A stretch of DNA of 63,173 bases, filler included, from Octopus bimaculoides (lineage: Eukaryota): assembly GCF_001194135.2 (NCBI RefSeq). It is 6 parts of 6 records of this genome, joined end to end, with 100 filler letters (N's around TTAATTAATTAA, not from the genome) between each part and the next. Parts side by side here need not be neighbours in the genome. Positions count along the whole stretch, not along the records: positions 12,455 to 32,579 come from NC_068983.1; 5 more parts are not named here. One strand, 5' to 3'. Below, piece by piece: positions 12,803 through 25,073 of this stretch (position 1 is the stretch's first letter; the number at the start of each line of letters is the position of its first letter). Below the pieces are notes generated by a model. It worked only from the letters and a program-made list of their open reading frames with translations. It was not told where the DNA came from and ran no database searches. A program made the translations under genes and the position numbers.

Positions 12803-13767
12803 GAACTTACTTTCAATGTTTGGTTGTTTGTTTGTTTTTTTCATTATGCCAATCATTTTACATCCAGCAAATTACCATTATTTTGAATACAAATATCACC
12901 CTGTCCAATTAGCTTTAATTAATTGGTCAATGTGATACTAAATATTAATTACTACACCATTTATAAATATTTATAATTTCTTACACACCCTAGTATTGAT
13001 CTAAATACACACCACTGTCTGATGATTGGTTTCATGAAACTCTGAGTAACAGTTTGTGCATTTTCTCCCTTCAATCAGTCAGTATTTTGCTCTACTTCTG
13101 GTATTCAAGTACTATTTTCTGCACCTTGTTTGGTACCTACTTACTCACATATATATGCATATATATGTGTGTATGTATGAACGTATGTATGTATGTATGT
13201 ATGTATGTATGTATGTATGTATAAAGGATATGAGTTTTCATCAGGATGACTCTAATATACATATATATAAGTATGCATGTATGCTTTTTGTTTGAGTTTT
13301 ATTTAAGTTCTCGAGATTTCAAGCCAATTGCTAACAATGTATGTAAAAACGTATGTATGTATATATGTACGTATGTGTGTGTGTGCATGTGTGTGTGCAT
13401 ACATTCATGTATGTATGTATGTATGTATGTGGGTGTGTGCATACATGCATGTGTACATGTGTGTATATGTGTATGTATGTATGTATGTATATGTATGTAA
13501 TGAGAAAATAGTTTTATTTAAGTTCTTGAGAAATTTCAAACTGTTCGCCAACAGTGTATGTATGCCTGTGTGTGTGTGTGTATGTGTGTGTGCATGCATT
13601 CATGTATGTATGTATGTATGTATGTATGTATGCATGTATGTATGTATATGTATGTGCATGTATGCATGCATGCGTACGTGTGTATGAATGTATGTATGCA
13701 TGCATGCATGTGTATGTGTGTGTGTATGTATGTATATGTAAGGAGCAAATAGTTGTATAATGAGGTA

Positions 13768-13930
13768 CAGGCATAGTTGTGCAGGTGCAGATATGAATTC
13801 TACCATGCATTTACATGGGTTTGGGTTCAGTCCACTGCACAGCATTGGTCAAGTGTTTTCTACTATTGCTGCAGGCCAACCAAAGCCTTGTGAATGGATT
13901 TGGTATATGGAAACTGAAGAGGCCCACAGT
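13768..13930 (+). mobile_element. Old SINE family A
   Basis: gggttcagtcc...ttctactattg...ccaaagccttgtgaatggatttggta...ggaaactgaag. Confidence 0.7.
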
Positions 13931-14245
13931 ATACATACAGCTATATGTATATGTGCATATGCACATATGTGAGTGTGCATATGCACATATGTGAGTGTGC
14001 ATGCAAGCGAGCACTGTGTGCATGTGTATGTCAGCATGTGCGTGTGTGCATGTGTGCATGTGTGTGTACACGTGTGCATTTCTATGTGTGCATGTGTGCT
14101 TTGTGTGCATGTTTGTGTATGTGTCCTCATTATGGCATCAATGTGATCGTAAATAAACATCACCATCATACAATCTCTGTTATTCAAGTAGTCTTATATA
14201 AAACATGTGCAACCACTGTGCTGTTCATGTTTGAAGTACTAGGAG

Positions 14246-14284
14246 ACAACATTCACTTGTTGCTTGGCAACAAGTGAATGTTGT
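14246..14284. repeat. Perfect 18-bp hairpin with a 3-nt loop
   Basis: acaacattcacttgttgc-ttg-gcaacaagtgaatgttgt. Confidence 0.9.
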
Positions 14285-14386
14285 GAACAAGAACAACACC
14301 AAACCAAAGAAATGTCTGCCTCAATTAATTTAATGACATATGCAAGCATGGAAAAAAGCATGCTGGAATGATAATTATATACAAAA

Positions 14387-14387
<1 letters not shown>

Positions 14388-14472
<85 letters not shown>

Positions 14473-14513
14473 GGGCAGACAGACAGACGGGCAGGCGGAC
14501 GGACGGACAGACT

Positions 14514-14552
<39 letters not shown>

Positions 14553-14620
14553 GGATGGATGGATGGATGGATGGATGGATGGATGGATGGACAGTCAGAC
14601 AGACAGACAGATAGATAGAT
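14388..14620. repeat. Compound tetranucleotide (AGAT)n(AGAC)n(GGAT)n
   Basis: Directly visible. Confidence 0.95.
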
Positions 14621-14815
14621 ATTATATTTTTACAGGAGGGTAGACAGTGACTTTGAAGTTTCAGCCTACTAGAATTTATCTAATAGTCAGTTTGACATCT
14701 CTTCTTATAAATATATAATAAACATTTACTCTACAAAAAAACAAAAACAAACATTGAGTAATTCTTTAGTTTTAATGTTGAATGGTTTCCACTGTAACTT
14801 GACTTAAAAACAAAC

Positions 14816-14856
<41 letters not shown>

Positions 14857-15149
14857 CGTGTCTAAGGAGAGTCATTATGCCAATATCATTAACACATGCA
14901 CTGGTTCAATTCCACTTCTTTATAAATTACAAATCCTAAACAATAGTCATGATTCTTACATGATATAAGTTTTTACAAAGAAAAGAAAGAAAAGAAAAGA
15001 GAAAAAAAGAAAAAGAGAAAAAGAAACATCAATGCTGCACCAAGTGCTTTAATTGGTCGCACGCCACAAGGTTCAACAGAACCTACTGAAGCAAACCAGC
15101 ATGCTCGCAGTATTACCACAGGTGATGGCGATGGTTAGACTAAGGCATT

Positions 15150-15520
15150 GGAAAAGCTAAGCGCCCTAACGAGCATCACCTGACTTCTCAATGAGGTGAG
15201 CTGCCAACGATGACAAGTACTTCACTTTTAGCAGTTCATCTCCCTCCAAGCATCTCAAGACTGGAATTAAAGTTACATACCACACAGTTCTCATTAGTAC
15301 ATGTGGTATTTTTGAAGGGGTATGCCCTACATAATTGTGATCTGATGGAGCTCAAACAATCTTAATTAGTATCCTTCAGAGCCTTCCTAAATCTATGGGC
15401 TAATTCCCCATGTGGTGTGGCCTCTACAAACATCACTCTTTGATATTTATCAGCCTTGTACCAAGAAATGGTTCACTAACAAGTCCCAATACCTCAGTGT
15501 TTTGTTCCGTTTGGGTACGG
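15150..15520 (-). mobile_element. Decayed Penelope-like element (region preceding and within GIY-YIG)
   Basis: Broken translation VMFVEATPHGELAHRFRKALKDTN*...SIRSQLCRAYPFKNTTCTNENCVVC...SSLAAHLIEK resembles the Penelope FxPxTPxxELA motif and the Cys-rich linker. Confidence 0.55.
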
Positions 15521-16784
15521 AAGCAGTGACCCTCCCATTTAGCACACAGTTGATTGAATATTCAACTAAGCAATTGTTTGTTTACCTTGGTTTTCTGTTG
15601 AAGCTCTTTCATTTGCTATTTGCAACTTTTTCTTCTGTGTGTTTGTGTGTGTTTACTTCTACTTCTGTGTGAGTGCATTCGTGCTTCTGTGCGTGCATCT
15701 GTGTGTGTCTACTTCTGCTTCCCTGTGCATGCATGCATGCATCTGTGCATGTGTGCATCTGTGTGTATGATAGGCTTCCACTCTGTTTCCATTTGCCCAA
15801 TTTCACTCATAAGACATAGGTGAATCTGGGGTTATGGTAAATGCTGCTTACCGAATATGCCCCGTAGTGGGATGAAAAACCAAGACCCTGTGATTGAGAT
15901 GTGAACTTTCTTATCATTTGAACATGCTTCACACACACACACACACATGTGCACACATACACACATACACATATACACATACACATACACACATACAGAA
16001 ATACATATACACATAGACATGTACACATACATGTACACACATATGCATGTAAACACATACACACACACATACACTCATGCATGCACATACACACATACAT
16101 AATACACTCATACACAAACATCATGTATGCATGTTTATATTTAGTGAAAGCGCATGATGTAATGGTTAGGGCGTTGAACTCACAATCTTGAGGTTGTGGT
16201 TCCTCTTCCCATCCTAGACAGCATGTCATGTCCTTGAGCAAGACACTTCATTCCATTCATATAAGAAATAAGCACTAGCCTAGTGCTGGCAGTAGCTCAC
16301 AATCCCTCCATCTGCCACATTACAGATTTTTCACAGAATCAAGAGATAGAGTTCAAGATGGTGGCTACTTATGACTACATAAACACCTACAACAATTAAC
16401 TAAAACATGATACATGTTATCAATTCATACTCACTTGCAAGTAACAGCTGTAGTTTTCCTTTATGTTTATACATATGTATGTGCATATGTGTGTATGTGC
16501 TTGTTTTTCATCACTCACAGATTCCAACGATTGGTTATTATTTGAGCTGACATCTGCCTGTATAATCCAACATAATCACTTAAAGTTAAATATGTGGCAG
16601 AGTTGTTAGTGCTTCATTATTGAACAACATCTACCATCAGTGGTAGATATAATAGTGTATTGAACAAAATGCCTTGTATTAAATCAGTTTTCTGTACGTT
16701 CCAAATTCAAATCCCATTGGATTCAACTTTATCATTAATCCTTCAATAGATTAGATGAAATAAAGCACCAGTTATATACCAGAA

Positions 16785-17021
16785 TAGTGGTTCTCAACTG
16801 GGGTCCATATAAGGGTTATTTTTGTTAAAATTTATGTGCAGTAAATTGGTTATATTTTTACAATACACAAAATATTTTAACAATTTTTGATACAATTCCA
16901 AATAATATTTAATTATAAAAACGTAATAGAAATTGTTTACACATTGAATGGCTCTGAGGGTCCACCCAAATAAAACAGGAATCAAAGCGGCCCTTAAGTG
17001 AAAAATGGTTGAGAACCATTG
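16785..17021. mobile_element. hAT-like MITE inserted in an old SINE
   Basis: TIRs tagtggttctcaac / gttgagaaccattg; degenerate 8-bp TSD taccagaa / tactaaag. Confidence 0.7.
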
Positions 17022-17649
17022 TACTAAAGGCAATATAATCATCCACAATCAATGGCCTTGTGCAGGAGTCAAAAAGTGATATTAAGTCCTTGGAAAATAT
17101 CATGCATTAATCATTCATAACAGCAATGAAAATATGTATGTGTGGACATAGGTGCTTGCATGTGCATGTGTGTTTGTGTGTGCATGTGTATGTATGTGTG
17201 ATAACAAAGATTACATAACTCATAGCTATTTCATACAAACCTTGTACTTAGATGACTATATTTGTCAAAGGTGCAACATAAATGTAACAGACAGCAAATT
17301 TAAAATTAGGTTAGGCAATAAATTCAAAGATCAAAAAACACATATGTAATGTCCAGTAACATTCTATGAATGGTTAAGGGAATCTCTCTTAAAGTTCATA
17401 TATTTTGGTAGTGAAATTGTTAATAACACAATTTACAAATATAGGTATGGCTATGAAGCACAGTCATCATAACCAACCTCATCCTCATGAACACCACTAC
17501 TACCACCCTCAACAACACCAGCACTACCACCCTCAACAACACCACCACTGCCACCCTCAAAACACCACCACCACTGCCACCACCATCATCATCATCATTG
17601 TCATTCTTGTCATGATCTTCACAATCATCATCATCATCATCAACATCAT

Positions 17650-17900
17650 TTTATGCTTGCTTATATCTGCTTTCCATGATGGTGTGGATTGAATGAGTCA
17701 TATACTGCTGCTTGTATGTGTCATTTGGCTTAGTTTATATGGTTGGATACCTTTCTTATTGGCAACTACTTTACAAAACATACTGGGTGCATTTTCTCTC
17801 AGTTCCAACAGTGCAGAAGGTGAGCAATCCTCCACAAAACAGAATTAAAAATACCCCACAACCACTTTACAGAGTGTACTGGGTATGTTTTTGCTGACAT
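17650..17900 (-). mobile_element. Old family E (RTE-type) tail
   Basis: Follows a (CAT)n tract; ctttccatgatggtgtggatt...ggttggatacctttc...ctactttacaaa is a degenerate reversed tail. Confidence 0.5.
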
Positions 17901-18116
17901 CAGCACTAGAGAAATTGTCCTTCTCACCAGTAATTGTAGATGAAGATAAAACTTAAAGGGGACAGAAGACTTGAGTAAATGGGCCAAATTAACAAAAGGT
18001 AGTGTAACTAAAACAGTAAGAAATAAAATACACAGTAAGATTTGGAAACCATGGAAACTAAATCTTCTGACTTCATCCTGGGTCACCGTCTTGAAATTAA
18101 ATAAAAGGTGGGATTG

Positions 18117-18845
18117 TATTAGGTTGTTTCACATGAAATGTCGCATTTTTAATTACTTGTGATTTCAGTCATTTAAAAACCCAATTATGTATACCTTGCA
18201 TTTAATCTTGTCTCTCTTTCTTTGCCAACAATATTGGTATACAAAATTCATACCCACAGACCCTATAGAAATGATAACAACCAAACTATGTTGAGTGATT
18301 TTCTCGTATGAGTACAAACTGGGTCACTCTGCCACAGAAGCTCTACAGAATATCAAGTGGGCTTTGGTAATGGTTTTGTTGACACTGGAAGTGTTCAGAG
18401 ATGGTTCCAAAGCTCTCACTCAGGAGATGATAGCCTTGAAATAAACCAAGAGATAGGCCAAAATCAGTTACTCGGCATGATGGATTAAATGCTTTGGTTG
18501 AACAAAATCCGAGAAGAATGGTTTGAAAACTTTCATCAGAACTCCAAACATCGCGCACAACTATTTTTGGTCACCTGTAAAAAATTGGAAAGGTCAAGAA
18601 AACATATAGGTTTGTTCCACATCAAGTAAACGAGATTCAAAAAACAGTCGCTTCGAAGTGTGCTCCTTATTGCTTTCTCGACTGGAAAAAGATAATTTTT
18701 GCATCAAATCATTACTTGTGATGAGAAATGGATACTATTTGACAACAGCAGGAGAACAGGATAATAATTAGATGCAGGAGAGTCTCCTAAACAGCACCCA
18801 AACTTACCATTGCACCTTAAAAAGTTTGATGAATCAGTTCTCTAA
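18117..18845 (+). mobile_element. Mariner transposase pseudogene, 5' half (cecropia/Hsmar1-like)
   Basis: ITR tattaggttgtttcacatgaaat; broken ORF YEYKLGHSATEALQNI...QRWF...FVPHQ...ITCDEKWILFDNSRR...PLHLKK. Confidence 0.9.
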
Positions 18846-18905
18846 CACTTCTGAAATATTTTATTGTTACCTTTCAAATATGACATTTTGTGTGAAACAA
18901 CCTAA

Positions 18906-19017
18906 TATTATCACAAATAAAATACTATTACAGAAATATACTATACAGAGATATTATCACAAATAAAATACTATTACAGAAATATACTATACAGAAATAT
19001 TATCACAAATAAAATAC
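18906..19017. repeat. 46-bp minisatellite, about 2.4 copies
   Basis: tattatcacaaataaaatactattacagaaatatactatacagaga starts at 18906, 18952 and 18998. Confidence 0.9.
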
Positions 19018-19559
19018 AGTATCATCAGGGCCATTCAGGCAACATTGTTAACAATCTTGTTAATTCTCATTGCAAACAATGAATTCAGTTGTAACACCTT
19101 GTAAGGATGGATGTTAGTAGAATAATCTATCTTGATAGTGATAAGTGATTGACAAATTATCTGTAAAACAAGTGAGTTATATGTGGATATTATATAATAC
19201 AATTAAAGTTCAATAGCAAATTTTTGATTGAGTCCTTATATTAAGGCTTATCTGAATTTCTGAAATGAGAAATTAGCATGTATGAATGGCCTAGATGATG
19301 ACAAGGACATGGATTTCTTTCCCAAAATCAGATGGCACTTTATGTCCCTAAGCAAGGCTGATCATTTCATGTTGCCCTAGTTCACTCAGCTAGAAAATTA
19401 GCACCAGCCTAGTATTGATACAGCCCTCTTTCTCTCTAGCTGTCAAATCTTAAGTGTTCTGTTAGGTCAATGACAGCTGTGTCTGTTTGTATATACATAT
19501 CTCATTTGTATATACATATCCTTAAAACTACCTCAGCATGAATGACAAGGGACTTACTG

Positions 19560-20183
19560 AAAGTATGAATAGCATCATAGAGAGACTATCTCCTTGGGAT
19601 ATACCTCTGAGATACTCCATGTCATTTTAAAGCAAAGGCACAGTGGACAGTTGCCTGAAGACATCAACTACATTATTGCCCACAATAAGAGAATGTCTTC
19701 TAGATATTATCTTCCCATGAGGCATGATATGGTAGCCAGAACAGTCTGGAACAGGGTAATAAAAAATAAAATATCTCCAAATGAAGTTGACCATACTGAG
19801 ACTGACGGATCAAAAGAAAACTGGTGGAATTTGAAAATTAAAACAGTCACCAAGTTAAAACGCAACCAGCCAGATATCGTTGTGTGGGACCACAAAGAAA
19901 AGATGTGTTCTGTTGTGGAAATCAGCTGCCCCCACTGGACACGAATGTAGTTAGGAAAATACAAGAAAAAGACATCTATGGACCATTGACAAGGAGATAC
20001 ATTTTCAGCTTCATACCCGTTATTATCAGAGCAACAGGATACATACCAATCTGTCTGGAGCAAAGTGTGGTTGAACTTGGAATTGTGGTGAGAGAATGCA
20101 AATCCTTAATTCATATACTACAAATGATGGTAATATCTGGGACCATAAAAATCTTCAAGACCTTCCTAAGATTTAAAGGATGA
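19560..20183 (+). mobile_element. 3' fragment of an RLE-type non-LTR retrotransposon
   Basis: HIIAHNKRMSSRYYLPMRHDMVARTVW...ENWWNLKIKTVTKLKRNQPDIVVWDHKEKMCSVVEISCP...FIPVIIRATGY...TIKIFKTFLRF. Confidence 0.88.
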
Positions 20184-20432
20184 TGATTAAAACAAGATAC
20201 TTTCCTTCACAGCTTTGCTACCAAGTCAGTGGCCAGTCAAAATTAACTGTAAATTAAAAAGAGAAAGAGAACACACAATCACACACACACCACGCACACA
20301 CACACAACACACACACATGTGTGTGTGTGTGTATATACATTAGTCAATACAAAATGTTACTACTTTTGCAGAGATAAAAACAATAATGTTGTTACCACTT
20401 TCTCTGTACATCTGGCAGCTCAATGAAATTAT

Positions 20433-20472
<40 letters not shown>

Positions 20473-20474
<2 letters not shown>

Positions 20475-20789
20475 CCGTTGCCAGTACCGCCTGACTGGCT
20501 TCCGTAGGATTTTCGAGCGAGATCATTGCCAGTGCCCCTGGACTGGCTTGTGCGGGTGGCACATAAAAGACACCATTTCGAGCGTGGCCGTTGCCAGTAT
20601 CGCCTGACTGGCCTTCGTGCAGGTGACACGTAAAAGCACCCACTACACTCTCTGAGTGGTTGGCGTTAGGAAGGGCATCCAGCTGTAGAAACTCTGCCAA
20701 ATTTAGATTGGAGCCTGGTGTTGCCATCCGGTTTCACCAGTCCTCAGTCAAATCGTCCAACCCATGCTAGCATGGAAAGCGGACGTTAA
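20473..20789 (+). mobile_element. Young family E (RTE-related) element with three GCCAGT/ACTGGC hairpins
   Basis: CpGs intact; 3' part nearly identical to 12455-12599. Confidence 0.8.
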
Positions 20790-21048
20790 NNNNNNNNNNN
20801 NNNNNNNNNNNNNNNNNNNNNNNNNNNNNNNNNNNNNNNNNNNNNNNNNNNNNNNNNNNNNNNNNNNNNNNNNNNNNNNNNNNNNNNNNNNNNNNNNNNN
20901 NNNNNNNNNNNNNNNNNNNNNNNNNNNNNNNNNNNNNNNNNNNNNNNNNNNNNNNNNNNNNNNNNNNNNNNNNNNNNNNNNNNNNNNNNNNNNNNNNNNN
21001 NNNNNNNNNNNNNNNNNNNNNNNNNNNNNNNNNNNNNNNNNNNNNNNN

Positions 21049-21278
21049 TATATATAAATTCATAAGAGTAGTACAACAAGGTACTGATATTTACTGGACA
21101 ATAGCAATCGATATAAATACGACGCTATTGTATAGCTTCACTGCGTATATACTGGCAAAAATGCGTTTTTGCCAGTATATACGCAGTGAAGCTATACAAT
21201 AGCGTCGTATTTATATCGATTGCTATTGTCCAGTAAATATTGGTACCTTGTTGTACTACTCTTATGAATTTATATATA
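21049..21278. mobile_element. Near-perfect 230-bp palindrome (foldback/MITE-like)
   Basis: 113-bp arms, TGCG loop at 21162-21165, two mismatches; TA runs on both flanks. Confidence 0.9.
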
Positions 21279-21709
21279 TACCCTTATAGGGCTATTTTTT
21301 GCTGGAAATTGATACATTTGTATTAATACATTTGTATTGAAATATTTTTCAGTTATATATATATATATATATATCTTTAATTGTTTTCTTCAGTCTTCTT
21401 AACAATGTACTGTTCTCTTATATAACTCCTTCCTTTGCTCACACTCTCATCAACTCCTTACCACTCGCATTTTCTGTAATAGCCACTTCATCCATCTCGC
21501 CTAACATCATCATTATCATCATATGCATACACACATGCACGCACACACGCACGCACGCACGCACACACACATGCAAAACACATGCATATATGTGCAGATA
21601 TGTATAGGCATGCAAAAATGTGTATGTGTGTGTAATATGTGTGTATGTATATATGTATTTTTTTAATATATGTGTATACATACACACTCATTTATCTGAG
21701 CATGTATGT

Positions 21710-21750
<41 letters not shown>

Positions 21751-22140
21751 CATACATGCATGCGTGGTCAACAGATGTCCCTTATCAATTAGTTTGTCAA
21801 TCTAGATATTTGGGAAGTATTTTAGGTAACAAGAAGTTATATCTAAAATATTGTTCTATCTAGGATTGTGAGTTCAAATCTGCAACTAAAATGTTTAATT
21901 CTCTAAGCAAGACACTCTGTTCCACAATACCTAAAGTTAGAAATAAGTTCCCTGTTGGTCCATCCACAATAGCAATATGAACCACATTGCTTCATTTCAG
22001 GAATAGGAATCATATTTACCATGTTGCTTCTTATATCTTTTTACCCCTTAAGATAGGTCTGGAGTAAGAAGTAGTACTCATTACTCATAACTCTCAGAGA
22101 AATTCAAGACCATTGAGATGGATTTTGTTAATCTTTCCAC

Positions 22141-22318
22141 TTAACCCTTTGTTACTAAATTTCTATTGAAATACATTAGTTTTGTTTCAATTAATTTCGA
22201 AAATATTAAAAAATTTAGTAATGTATCGAATTAACATGAAAATTAAATGGAATATTTAAAATTTAGATCAGTTTAAAATTGGAAGGCTTTGTCATAGAAC
22301 TAAGGACAAAAGGGTTAA
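22141..22318. mobile_element. piggyBac-like MITE
   Basis: TTAA-cccttt...aaaaggg-TTAA (TTAA TSD, CCCTTT termini). Confidence 0.75.
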
Positions 22319-22319
22319 A

Positions 22320-22860
22320 CTGTTGTATGAGGACTACAGGAAAGAAACTGCTGATGTTTTATGGGGAAAGATCTTGGCAGTAGTGGTTGGAATGAGGTCT
22401 GGTTACTTGACACAGTATGAGTGATGGGAAGAGGAGAAATGACTGAGTCAAGAGTGCTTTGAGTAAAGGTGATATGAGACCAGCCAGTTGCAAGAATCAG
22501 GAGCCATAGCATTAGAAAGGGTAGACAAAAAAACAGGACATCTGTAGGCCAGAGGCTGGAGCATATTGGCAAATAATTTCATTGAAGTCAGTTGGGTGCT
22601 TTTTCTCGGTATGTAGTCTCAGATGTCTGTGTGTTGCAACAGGACCATTCTAAGCAATAATGCATTGTGGTTTTCATCTGAGCTTTATAGAATATTTATA
22701 GTTGTTGAGGAGGGGATTAAGTATTTTCTGGTTTTGAAAAGAAGAGCCAGTCTTTGAGAAGCAGGCTTTGCTATGTTAAGGATGTGTGCTTGTCAGAAAA
22801 GATTTTCAGTAACATTGTAGTTGAGCATTTGAAATGATTAAGTGTAAGTGAGAGGAGGTG
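22320..22860 (-). mobile_element. CR1-clade LINE, RT C-terminal relic
   Basis: HILNIAKPASQRLALLFKTRKY...YKAQMKTTMHYC...LQPLAYRC...RPHSNHYCQ; same type as 40790-41480. Confidence 0.75.
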
Positions 22861-23299
22861 TGATGATGTTTCCATGGCACTAATCCTAATTTTTTATTGA
22901 TATAAGCTTTCATATTAATTTGATATTCAATTTAATAATCATCAACACTTAACATCTGTTTTCCATGGCTTGACAGAAGCTAGTAAGGCGAGGGGCTGCA
23001 CCAGGTTCCATAGTCTGTTTTGGCATAGTTTCCATGGCTGGGTGCCCTTCTTGATGCTAACCACTCCAAACAGTGTACTGAGTGTTTTTTATGAGGCACC
23101 ATTACCTCTGCTTTTCATGTGGCACCAGCACTAGTGCTTTTAACATGACATCAACACCCACCCAAATACTTTTTACGTGGCTCCTTGGTTTTAGGATCTC
23201 AATTCTGTTGTGGTAGGCCGGTTTTCTCAAGTACAGCAATATATTGGTCCTCTGTCATCAATAATATATAATAATATTTCATATTTAATTTAAAGTGAT

Positions 23300-23470
23300 G
23301 AGATGGCAGAATCATTAGTATGCTGACAAAATACTCAGCAGCCTTTCATCTGTCCTTTTGTTCTGAGTTCAAATTCTACTGAGGTTGACTTTGCCTTTCA
23401 TCCTTTTGGATTCAATAAAATAAGTACTAAACTCCTCCCCTGGAATTGTTGGCTTTGTCCCAAAATTTGA
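23300..23470 (+). mobile_element. SINE family B, CpG-decayed
   Basis: gatggcagaatcattag...ttctgagttcaaattctactgaggttgactttgcctttcatcc. Confidence 0.8.
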
Positions 23471-23744
23471 AACCAATATTTCATGTTTAATTTAATTAAA
23501 CATTAAAAAAATTATAACACAGCAATAATTATTTTTTGTGAAAAACTTATCAATATCCAATGGTAGCTCTATTGTAAAAATCTGGAAAACGAATATAGCT
23601 ATAGCATAACTATTTATATGCAATCAAGATCGTTATCATATGTTCATTCCATTTAATGTCCCTTTCTTTTATATTAGCATAGCATGCATGGCGGTTGATT
23701 TTGGGGCAGGATTTTAAAGCTAGATACCTTTCTTGTTGCCAAGC

Positions 23745-24330
23745 CTCATCTCTTTTACTTGTTTCAGATTCTAGACTACAGCCATGCTTTAAGGAATTTT
23801 AGTTGAAAGAATCGACCCTGACACTTTTGTTTTTTAAGCCTGGTAACTATGCTATCAGTTTCTTTTGCTGAACCACTAAGTTATGAGGATGTAAATACTT
23901 TTGTTTATAGGCATGGCTATGTGGTAAGAAGCTTGCTTCCCAACCACATAGTTCTGGGTTCAGTCCTGCTGTGTGGCACCTTGGGCAAGTGTCTTCTACT
24001 ATAGCCTTGGGCCAACCAAAGACTTGTGAGTAGATTTGGTAGACAAAAACTGAAAGAAACCCGTTGTATATAAATATATGTGTATTTATTTATGTACCTC
24101 TTTGTGTCTGTGTTTGTCACCACTATCATCACTTGACAACCAATGTTGCTGTGTTTATGTCACTGTAACCTTGCAATTCAGCAAAAGAGACTAAAATAAT
24201 AAGTACTAGGCTTACAAAGAATAAGTCCTGGGGTCGATTGCTTTGACAAAAAAGATCCTTTAAGGCACTGCTCCAGCATGGCCATGGTCAAATGACTGAA
24301 ACAAGTAAAAGAATAAAGTAAAAGAATATT
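23745..24330. mobile_element. Nested family A SINEs: minus-strand tail (about 23745-23900) interrupted by a full plus-strand copy (about 23908-24330)
   Basis: Reversed tail, then taggcatggctatgtggtaagaagcttgc through ...gactgaaacaagtaaaagaa. Confidence 0.85.
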
Positions 24331-25027
24331 ATAGCTGAAAAATTTCTGTTAAGCCTCAGTTCAATCAATATCTATCAATTATTATTGATTTAAATGAGTC
24401 AGAAACCAACAGATAAAAATGAATAATTTTAAAAATTCGGTTAGGCTATGTTAAGTACAAAGTTTTATTGATTTAGTTGTACTTGATTTAAATTAAAAGT
24501 TTAATTATAAACTTTAACATTGGTACAATTAATAGAAAACTGATAAGATGCTAAGAATAAGACATGGACAGACGATAACAACAAGTACTTCATTATCATC
24601 AAAGAGATGCATTCTCATGATATGAAGTTTGACTTTGATATTTTAACTTATATGAATGTTATACTTGGCCCAAGCAGCTAAACATGAGCTAGTAAACTGA
24701 ATAGAATGTTAAAATCTTAGCTTTTGATTTTTGAGATCATTTACAGCATAAAAAAAAATTAGTTATATTGCTATTAAGGAAATAACCTAATGTATATATA
24801 ATAAAGAGCATTTAATAATTACATTTGCTTTGAACAGTTTAACAACATAGAAATTTGTGGCAACAAAGCTCCGCTGCATGGCATCCTTGATCAGCTAAGT
24901 AACATTAGCTGATGTTGTTATCTTGAGAATTGTTGCAATGCATCAAAACTGAGTCACATGAGCACAAATATGAAACATATTAGTACAGACATTGTGGTTG
25001 TATGGTTGAGAAGCTTACTTTCCAACC

Positions 25028-25069
<42 letters not shown>

Positions 25070-25073
<4 letters not shown>

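Noticed and set aside
15150-15270. Apparent terminal exon LRCLEGDELLKVKYLSSLAAHLIEKSGDAR* with a downstream ATTAAA
   Set aside because: It is contiguous with Penelope-like motifs upstream, so a retroelement relic is the better explanation.
17030-17100. Peptide DLISLFDSCTRPLIVDDYIAF on the minus strand
   Set aside because: No donor site; it runs into a hAT MITE and a SINE tail.
18906-19017. Regularly spaced repeats here, at 30870-30990 and at 53641-53785 as possible CRISPR-like arrays
   Set aside because: Head-to-tail minisatellites without unique spacers, no cas genes, and a eukaryotic context.
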